Source of the DNA: a virus
Taxonomy: Duplodnaviria; Caudoviricetes
Virus record (IMG/VR): IMGVR_UViG_3300037634_005711
Span: 1 to 40,514 of that record
Length of the DNA: 40,514 bases
Strand: one strand, 5' to 3'
Both the position numbers and the translations under genes were made by a program. A model generated the notes under the pieces. The model was not told the origin of the DNA, made no database searches, and was given only the letters and a program-made list of their open reading frames with translations. Below are positions 8,465 to 15,057 of the stretch, piece after piece. Numbering within the stretch: position 1 is the stretch's first letter; each line of letters begins with the position of its first letter.

Positions 8465-8953
8465 ATGGCAAAGTATCAATCAACAAAATTATTTGACAAC
8501 TACTCAGTAGCTATTAGACAGTGGAGAGCTCAACACTCTCACTGTCAGCTGTTACATGGATATGCTTTAAAATTTAAAGTATGGTTCGAAGCTCAAGATA
8601 AGTATGCATCTAATCCCCTCACCGGTGGATTAGATGAGATGAATTGGATCGTGGATTACGGTGGGTTTAAAGACGCGCCGATCGGAAATGGGCTAAAATC
8701 ATGGATGGATAGTATGTGGGATCACACTACCTTAATTGAGAAGGATGATCCGCAATTAGAGACATTTACATATCTAGAGGAGCTAGGGCTATGTAAGTTA
8801 GTTGTAATGGATAAAATGGGTGCAGAGAGTTGTGCTAAATTAGTATTCGACCACTTTAATAAGCGATTAGCATTAACTGATGGTGGTAGATGTAAAGTTG
8901 TTAAAGTAGAATGTTTTGAAAATGATAAGAACTCATCAATTTATAAGGAGTAG
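8465..8953 (+). CDS. queD: 6-carboxy-5,6,7,8-tetrahydropterin synthase (QueD/PTPS T-fold)
   Basis: RQW.A..SHCQLLHGY, WIVDYG, DH, AE, C-terminal V..FE...NS; cluster context. Confidence 0.88.
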   Translation: MAKYQSTKLFDNYSVAIRQWRAQHSHCQLLHGYALKFKVWFEAQDKYASNPLTGGLDEMNWIVDYGGFKDAPIGNGLKSWMDSMWDHTTLIEKDDPQLETFTYLEELGLCKLVVMDKMGAESCAKLVFDHFNKRLALTDGGRCKVVKVECFENDKNSSIYKE

Positions 8954-8955
8954 TT

Positions 8956-9747
8956 ATGAAGATTAGTCACGAAGTACCTAAGCAGTTATTCGAAGAAAGT
9001 TTAAAGTTTAATGATTATGATTATGCATTAGTTCACTTATTCGATAAAGATCCTGAATACTTACAGTTCTATAAGAATTGTGTAAATAATAATAGACATG
9101 TAATACTTGATAATAGTATTTTTGAGTTAGGTGAAGCATATGATAATGAATCTTTTGCAGAGTGGGTGAAAGAACTGCAACCTACAGAGTATATTATACC
9201 TGATGCTTTAGAGGATCTAGAAAAAACATGCTCACAAGCTCGAGATTGGTTCGATAACTATTCTGATTTACCGGGTAAGAAGATTGGTGTAGTGCAAGGT
9301 AAAAATTATTTTCAATTTGTAGACTGCTATCGATATTTAGATAGATTAGGTGTCGATAAGATTGCAATTTCATTTGATTATTCGTGGTATGAGGAGATAG
9401 CACCGCATCCAAATAAGTATATGTCATGGATGATAGGCCGCAGTACATTATTAACTAGATTAATGAAAGACGGTGTTATTAATATGAGTAAGCCACATCA
9501 TTTACTAGGATGTGGATTACCTCAAGAATTCAATCTATATAGTGGCCCTGAATTCAAATGGATTGAATCCCTTGATACTAGTAATCCAATTGTCCATGGA
9601 ATGTTACTTATTCCGTATAGCGACTCTGGACTTAAAGATAAGCTTAGTTTAAAATTAGCAGATAAGATTAATGTAGATATAAACTCTGCACAGCGAGAGG
9701 TCATTGATCATAATGTTAGAAAATTTAGAGGTTTTGTAAATGATTAG
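8956..9747 (+). CDS. dpdA: TGT-fold 7-deazaguanine transglycosylase, DpdA-like (probably the divergent DpdA3 type)
   Basis: VILDNS.FE (DSG equivalent), IPD, GVVQG, HHLLG, SLDTS. Only 263 aa with no tRNA-TGT zinc domain; embedded among que genes. Confidence 0.72.
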   Translation: MKISHEVPKQLFEESLKFNDYDYALVHLFDKDPEYLQFYKNCVNNNRHVILDNSIFELGEAYDNESFAEWVKELQPTEYIIPDALEDLEKTCSQARDWFDNYSDLPGKKIGVVQGKNYFQFVDCYRYLDRLGVDKIAISFDYSWYEEIAPHPNKYMSWMIGRSTLLTRLMKDGVINMSKPHHLLGCGLPQEFNLYSGPEFKWIESLDTSNPIVHGMLLIPYSDSGLKDKLSLKLADKINVDINSAQREVIDHNVRKFRGFVND

Positions 9748-10273
9748 ATTACCGTGGATTGCAATGTTCAGTCAAACAGGTTCTGAGATAGCTAATATTG
9801 CAGAAAAAATTAACCGATGGCCTGATTTAATTATCGTAAATGAGCGTAATATTGAGCGTATCATAGATAGTAGGTTGCAAGGTAGGAATGTTGTGTTTGT
9901 ATCTAATACACCCTCCGTATCTGAGTTAATAGATATATTTCAATGGTTTGAAAATCCACTAATAACATTACATGGTTGGTTGAGAATAATACCATCTAGT
10001 ATATGTGAGAGTTATAGTATATATAACGGTCACCCTGGTTTAATTACACGATATCCTGAATTAAAAGGTAAAGATCCGCAGATTAGAGCTATTGAAAATG
10101 GTTATCTATCAGCTGGGTGTGTAATACATAAAGTGACAGCTGGTGTAGATGAGGGAAAAGTATTATTAGAGCGAAGTTTTAGTATAGTTGGGTTGGATGA
10201 ACGAGAAATTTTTCGTATATTTAGTAAAACGAGCTTACAGCTCTGGTTAGATTTTTTAAAGACAGAATTATGA
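9740..10273 (+). CDS. PurN/GAR-transformylase-like formyltransferase (DpdN-like preQ1 formyltransferase)
   Basis: MFSQTGSE (SGxGS-like), LHGWLRII, YNGHPG, LKG, GCVIH.V..GVDEG; overlaps the dpdA-like gene. Confidence 0.8.
   Translation: MIRLPWIAMFSQTGSEIANIAEKINRWPDLIIVNERNIERIIDSRLQGRNVVFVSNTPSVSELIDIFQWFENPLITLHGWLRIIPSSICESYSIYNGHPGLITRYPELKGKDPQIRAIENGYLSAGCVIHKVTAGVDEGKVLLERSFSIVGLDEREIFRIFSKTSLQLWLDFLKTEL
10192..10223 (+). promoter_or_regulatory. Intragenic putative promoter GTTG-N20-TATATTTA
   Basis: Perfect copy (TTCG-TATATTTA) inside the formyltransferase gene, 46 nt before the kinase ATG. Confidence 0.7.
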
Positions 10274-10797
10274 AGATAGCATTTACAGGAGCACAGAGTA
10301 CAGGTAAAACTACTCTATTAAATAAATTAAGAGAAGATTCTAATTATTGGAAATATACGTTTATTGATGAAATAACTCGTAGTGTAGTAGATGCTGGAGT
10401 AGAAATCAATGAGGGTGGCACAGATAAAACGCAAATGCTGATAATGCAAGCTCATCTTGTAAATTCAATGGTACCTGATACAGTTATGGATAGATGCGCT
10501 TTAGATGGTGTCGTATATACTAGATATCTCTATAATAGGGGTCAGATATCAACTGACGTTATGGATGGTGCAGAGCAAGTATTTCAATCAGTAATCAATG
10601 AGTATGATTATATTTTCTATCTAATACCTGAATTTGATATCAAAGATGATGGTGTAAGATCTATAGACAATGATTTTAGAAATCAAATAGTAAAATTATT
10701 TGATCAATATATATTAGAATGTGAAGTGCCTGTTATTAGAATAACAGGTTCGCTAGAGGAGCGTATTAAACAAATAGAGGAAAAAATAAATGAGTAA
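10270..10797 (+). CDS. P-loop nucleoside/nucleotide monophosphate kinase-like protein (NadR-AAA/thymidylate-kinase-like)
   Basis: KIAFTGAQSTGKTT, DE.TR, VMDRCALD, DDGVR lid. Confidence 0.75.
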   Translation: MKIAFTGAQSTGKTTLLNKLREDSNYWKYTFIDEITRSVVDAGVEINEGGTDKTQMLIMQAHLVNSMVPDTVMDRCALDGVVYTRYLYNRGQISTDVMDGAEQVFQSVINEYDYIFYLIPEFDIKDDGVRSIDNDFRNQIVKLFDQYILECEVPVIRITGSLEERIKQIEEKINE

Positions 10798-11713
10798 TTC
10801 AGTTGTAGAGATAGCTAGTAAGCATTTAGGTCAAACAGTAAGTGCTTATTCCGACTTATATGATAAGTCATTATTAGTTAAAGTACCACGATACTTAAAT
10901 CGTGAAGCATATGGTATAGATGGTAAAAATTTACCATTTGTAGGGTATGATGTATGGAATTGCTACGAAGTATCAGCAATAACAGAGAAAGGTAGACCTG
11001 TTACAGGTGTGCTGAAAATCTCATGTCCATCAGATAGTGAATATCACGTAGAATCGAAAAGTATTAAACTATATCTCAATTCATTTAATATGAATCAGTT
11101 TGGTGAGCATAAAGATGAGTGTGCATCAATTATAGAAGAAGTTGTAGCGAAAGATTTATCTGAATTGCTTGAAACTAATGTTACATGTCAACTACACACA
11201 TATGAAACTATGAGTGCTGATGAATATGGAGAAGAGACATGGTTAGGATTTAACGGATTTGATAATATTGAAACATTAGTAGATTTTGATGAAGTAGAGT
11301 TTACCTCATTTAAGTCAGATGAATCACAATTAGAAGGTTATACAGAGTCCCCTGATATGAGCATTGCTACTCATTTACACACTGATATGCTTAGGTCGAA
11401 CTGTCGTGTAACTAATCAACCAGATTGGGGTGATGTATATGTTTATATGAAAGGTAAAGAAATAGTTACACCAGAATCATTCGGTAGATATATTGTATCT
11501 CATAGAAAAGTATCTCATTTCCATGAAGAAATTTGTGAAATGATTTATAAACATTTATTAGATAGGTTTAATCCTGAAGAATTAATGGTAGCATGTCTAT
11601 ATACACGCAGAGGTGGTTTAGATATTAATCCAATAAGAGCAAACAAAGTGGAGTTATTAGATCCACAATTTCATAATGTAGAATTCTTAAATGAAAAAAC
11701 TTTAAGACAATAA
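10790..11713 (+). CDS. queF: NADPH-dependent 7-cyano-7-deazaguanine reductase, bimodular (type II)
   Basis: DVWN.YE.S, ESKS.KLYLNSF, RSNC.VT.QPDWG, FHEE, YTRRGGLDINP.R. Confidence 0.95.
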   Translation: MSNSVVEIASKHLGQTVSAYSDLYDKSLLVKVPRYLNREAYGIDGKNLPFVGYDVWNCYEVSAITEKGRPVTGVLKISCPSDSEYHVESKSIKLYLNSFNMNQFGEHKDECASIIEEVVAKDLSELLETNVTCQLHTYETMSADEYGEETWLGFNGFDNIETLVDFDEVEFTSFKSDESQLEGYTESPDMSIATHLHTDMLRSNCRVTNQPDWGDVYVYMKGKEIVTPESFGRYIVSHRKVSHFHEEICEMIYKHLLDRFNPEELMVACLYTRRGGLDINPIRANKVELLDPQFHNVEFLNEKTLRQ

Positions 11714-11724
11714 GGAGAAAAAAA

Positions 11725-12561
11725 ATGGCAAAAAATAAACAAGCTGTACTTTCGTTAAGCGGTGGTATGGATTCATCTACAGTTCTGCTACACCTGTTAT
11801 CCGAAGGTTACGATGTTACAGCCGTAAGCTTTGATTACGGGCAAAAGCATCGAGTAGAGTTAGAGCGTGCTCAAGCATTAGTAGATTATTTAAATGCAAG
11901 TAAAGATGAAGTTGTAGCTGAAAATAAAATGGGTAGAACAATAGTTCATCACTTTGATAATAAAGTTAAATATCAAGTGATAAAATTAGACGGGCTAGTA
12001 GATCTATTAGATTCTGCTTTAGTAGATGGTGGCTCTGAGGTACCTGAAGGTCATTATGAAGAGGATAATATGAAAGATACTGTTGTACCTAATCGTAATA
12101 AAATGTTCTCATCAATTATTCAAGCAATTGCGTTATCTATTGCAAATAAAAATGACTGTGATGTAGATATTGCAATGGGTATTCACGCAGGTGATCATGC
12201 AATCTATCCAGATTGTAGACAAGAGTTTAGAGATGCAGATTATGATGCGTTTTTACAAGGCAATTGGGATGCTGCAAGAGTTAAATATTATACTCCATAT
12301 TTAACAGGTGACAAATTTGATATCTTAAAAGATGGTGAGGTATGTTGTAACGAGTTAGGATTGGATTTTGATGAAGTATATAAGCGTACTAATACATCTT
12401 ATAAACCTACAGCAGAAGGATTATCAGATTATAAATCAGCATCATCTGTTGAACGTATTGAAGCATTTATTAAATTGGGTAGAAAAGATCCTGTAGCATA
12501 TGTAGATGGATGGGATACTGCAAAGACTCACGTAGAAAAATTATTAGCCGAATATGAATAA
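11725..12561 (+). CDS. queC: 7-cyano-7-deazaguanine synthase
   Basis: SLSGGMDS, FDYGQKH..E, VVPNRN, GIHAGD...YPDCR, R.EAF...G..DP..Y. Confidence 0.95.
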   Translation: MAKNKQAVLSLSGGMDSSTVLLHLLSEGYDVTAVSFDYGQKHRVELERAQALVDYLNASKDEVVAENKMGRTIVHHFDNKVKYQVIKLDGLVDLLDSALVDGGSEVPEGHYEEDNMKDTVVPNRNKMFSSIIQAIALSIANKNDCDVDIAMGIHAGDHAIYPDCRQEFRDADYDAFLQGNWDAARVKYYTPYLTGDKFDILKDGEVCCNELGLDFDEVYKRTNTSYKPTAEGLSDYKSASSVERIEAFIKLGRKDPVAYVDGWDTAKTHVEKLLAEYE

Positions 12562-13327
12562 GAGAATTAAACACTATGATAAAGTACTCCCTGTACTTGA
12601 AGTATATAGATGTATACAGTCAGAGGGGAGTAGATTCGGAAGACCTACAATTGCTATAAGAACAACGGGGTGTACACATCGTTGCTACTTTGGTGAAGGT
12701 GGGTGGTGTGATTCCTGGTACACATCTATACATCCTGAGAAAGGTACTTTTACATTTAATGATATTATCAAAATATATGATGATAATCCTCATGTAAAAG
12801 AGATGATGTTAACAGGAGGTTCTCCAACAATGCACCCTGCATTAGTAAACGAATTGACACATTTTGCTCATGAAAGAAACATTATTATTACTATCGAAAC
12901 TGAAGGATCTCGTTTTGTTGAAACCGATTATCCTATTGATCTTATCTCTCTTAGCCCTAAATTCAGTAATTCAGTTCCTGTTATCGGAGCTGTTACTCCT
13001 GGTGGGAAAGTGGTTGACGAAAAAATGATAAGAATTCATAATATGAAGAGACAGAATACAGAGGAAATTAAAAAAACTCTAGCTTTTCATAAAGATTATC
13101 ACTATAAACCTGTATGGGATGGAACTGATGAAAATCTAGAAGAAATTGAATCTTATAGAATAGAGTTAGGAGTTCCTAAAGATAAAACATATATTATGCC
13201 CGCAGGTGATACGCGAGCTACATTAGTGGAAATGTATCCTAAAGTATTTGAAATGTGTGCAGAACGAGGATATAATATGACTGGTAGAGATCATATAATC
13301 GCATTTGATACAGAGAGAGGGGTATAA
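12554..13327 (+). CDS. queE: 7-carboxy-7-deazaguanine synthase (radical SAM)
   Basis: E.Y..IQSEG...G.P...IR..GC, Cx3Cx7C, LTGG.P, IETEG, SLSPK, R.H. Confidence 0.93.
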   Translation: MNKRIKHYDKVLPVLEVYRCIQSEGSRFGRPTIAIRTTGCTHRCYFGEGGWCDSWYTSIHPEKGTFTFNDIIKIYDDNPHVKEMMLTGGSPTMHPALVNELTHFAHERNIIITIETEGSRFVETDYPIDLISLSPKFSNSVPVIGAVTPGGKVVDEKMIRIHNMKRQNTEEIKKTLAFHKDYHYKPVWDGTDENLEEIESYRIELGVPKDKTYIMPAGDTRATLVEMYPKVFEMCAERGYNMTGRDHIIAFDTERGV

Positions 13328-13863
13328 TGAAGTTACTTATTCCAGAGTATAAAATAGAACGACGCGTAAGAGCGCTAGCTCACAGGATATCAGAAGAGCA
13401 TAAGACATCAGGTAATCCACATCCACCAGTAATGGTATGCGTATTGAATGGTGCATTTATGTTTTTTACAGATCTTATTAAAGATATGGGAATTGATGTA
13501 GAGATTGATTTTATTCGTGCAAAATCTTATAAGAGTAACGGATTAACTCATGCAGGTGGAGTTGAGATTACTAAAAATATAGAGATAGAATTAGAGGGTA
13601 AGCGAGTATATATTGTAGATGATATGATAGATACAGGAGCTACGATGCTTGAAGTTATATTTCATGTAGAAGAAAAAAAGCCTGCTGATATTCAGATTGT
13701 AACTCTAGTTGATAGGGCAGATTCACGGGATGACTTACCAAATAATCATACAGCATTCCCTAATATGGGTGATGATTGGTTTGTTGGTTATGGATTTGAT
13801 GATAATGGATTAAAGAGAAATTATAGAAACATTTATAGTGCAAGTGTTGATGATTCGAAATGA
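13327..13863 (+). CDS. hpt: Hypoxanthine/guanine phosphoribosyltransferase-like (type I PRTase)
   Basis: VLNGAFMF..DL, KSY loop, VYIVDDMIDTGAT PRPP motif, FVGYGFD...RN. Confidence 0.88.
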   Translation: MKLLIPEYKIERRVRALAHRISEEHKTSGNPHPPVMVCVLNGAFMFFTDLIKDMGIDVEIDFIRAKSYKSNGLTHAGGVEITKNIEIELEGKRVYIVDDMIDTGATMLEVIFHVEEKKPADIQIVTLVDRADSRDDLPNNHTAFPNMGDDWFVGYGFDDNGLKRNYRNIYSASVDDSK

Positions 13864-13877
13864 TTTTCTTATATTTA
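13846..13877 (+). promoter_or_regulatory. Putative promoter GTTG-N20-TATATTTA
   Basis: Recurrent motif upstream of folE-dut-pol. Confidence 0.75.
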
Positions 13878-13900
13878 GAGTATAAAATAAAGGTAAAACT

Positions 13901-14560
13901 ATGAGTAAAAATTTTGAAATAGCTAGACTAGGGTTTGCTAACGGAGCTGCAAGTAGTAGTCCGTTAACAGATAAAGAGAAGCAGATAATGATTATGGATG
14001 CAGCTGATGCATTTGGTAAGTTTTTAGACGCACTGTTAGTAGATTGGCGCAATGATCCGAATTCAGATAATACACCTACGAGAGTAGCTAAAGCGTATGT
14101 CAACGATCTATGGGCTGGTAGATATGAAGAGCCGCCATCGATTACTGGATTCCCGTCTGATGGATATGATGGAATTGTATTTGAAGGAGGTATACCTCTA
14201 ACATCTATGTGTTCACATCATCATCAAACTATTAATGGTAAGGTACATATTGGTTACATCGCATCAAAAACAGGTACAGTTGTCGGGTTAAGTAAGCTTA
14301 ATAGAATCGTAGAGCATTTCGGGAGAAGAGGTGCTATTCAAGAGCAATTAACTGTCGCTATACATAATGCTGTAGATCAGATATGTACAGGTAACTTAGG
14401 AGTCGCTGTTATGATTGAAGCTACTCACAATTGTGTATCGTGCAGAGGAGTCAATCATTCAGGTGCAAGTATGAAAACAAGTAAATTAACTGGCTCGTTC
14501 TTGAAGGAAGATTCTGCAAGAGCTGAGTTTTATGAATTTTGTAAAGGATATAAATGTTAA
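13901..14560 (+). CDS. folE: GTP cyclohydrolase I
   Basis: TP.RVAK, SMCSHH, VGLSKLNRIV, IQEQLT, HNCVSCRG. Confidence 0.96.
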   Translation: MSKNFEIARLGFANGAASSSPLTDKEKQIMIMDAADAFGKFLDALLVDWRNDPNSDNTPTRVAKAYVNDLWAGRYEEPPSITGFPSDGYDGIVFEGGIPLTSMCSHHHQTINGKVHIGYIASKTGTVVGLSKLNRIVEHFGRRGAIQEQLTVAIHNAVDQICTGNLGVAVMIEATHNCVSCRGVNHSGASMKTSKLTGSFLKEDSARAEFYEFCKGYKC

Positions 14561-15057
14561 ACGCGAAAGAAATTCTTGAAGAAAAGCTAATAGTATTAGA
14601 TAATGCTAAAGGTAAACCTGCTCAAGTTGGATATGACCTGAGTATTAAAAGTATTAAAAAGTTAACAGGTGATGGTCAAGTATTAAAAAATAAGACTATT
14701 GTAAATAAGTTAGATACTATATCTATGACTGAGGCAATGGATTTAGAAGGGGTTGAAGTAAATGGTTGGTGGTTAGAGCCTGGTACTTATGATGTTACAT
14801 GTAATGAGGGCTGTAACATACATGCTAATAGAACTGCCATGGTAAGGCAAAGATCTTCACTATTGCGTAATGGTGCTATTATAGCTAGCTCTATATTCGA
14901 TCCTGGATTCTATACAGATAATATCGGTACAGTAATGGTTGTAAACGAACGCATCTTTATTGAGAAGGATGCTAGAATAGCACAAATGTATTTTCATGAA
15001 AATAATGAAGGGGAGTTGTATGATGGACAATTCCAAAACGATAAGCAAAGAAAATAA
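14554..15057 (+). CDS. Trimeric dUTPase/dCTP-deaminase-fold protein (probably dUTPase-type)
   Basis: GYDL, RSSLLR, FDPGF, RIAQ, Y.GQFQ. No Dcd catalytic Glu after DPGF. Confidence 0.82.
   Translation: MLNAKEILEEKLIVLDNAKGKPAQVGYDLSIKSIKKLTGDGQVLKNKTIVNKLDTISMTEAMDLEGVEVNGWWLEPGTYDVTCNEGCNIHANRTAMVRQRSSLLRNGAIIASSIFDPGFYTDNIGTVMVVNERIFIEKDARIAQMYFHENNEGELYDGQFQNDKQRK

Noticed and set aside
11718-11725. A-run before the queC start as a phase-variable tract
   Set aside because: Ordinary A-rich SD-to-ATG spacer; no evidence of variation from one sequence.
8465-14560. tRNA queuosine or folate/purine biosynthesis role
   Set aside because: No queA, queG/queH, canonical tgt, other fol or pur genes in the window. 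The DpdA-like gene and polymerase adjacency point to DNA.
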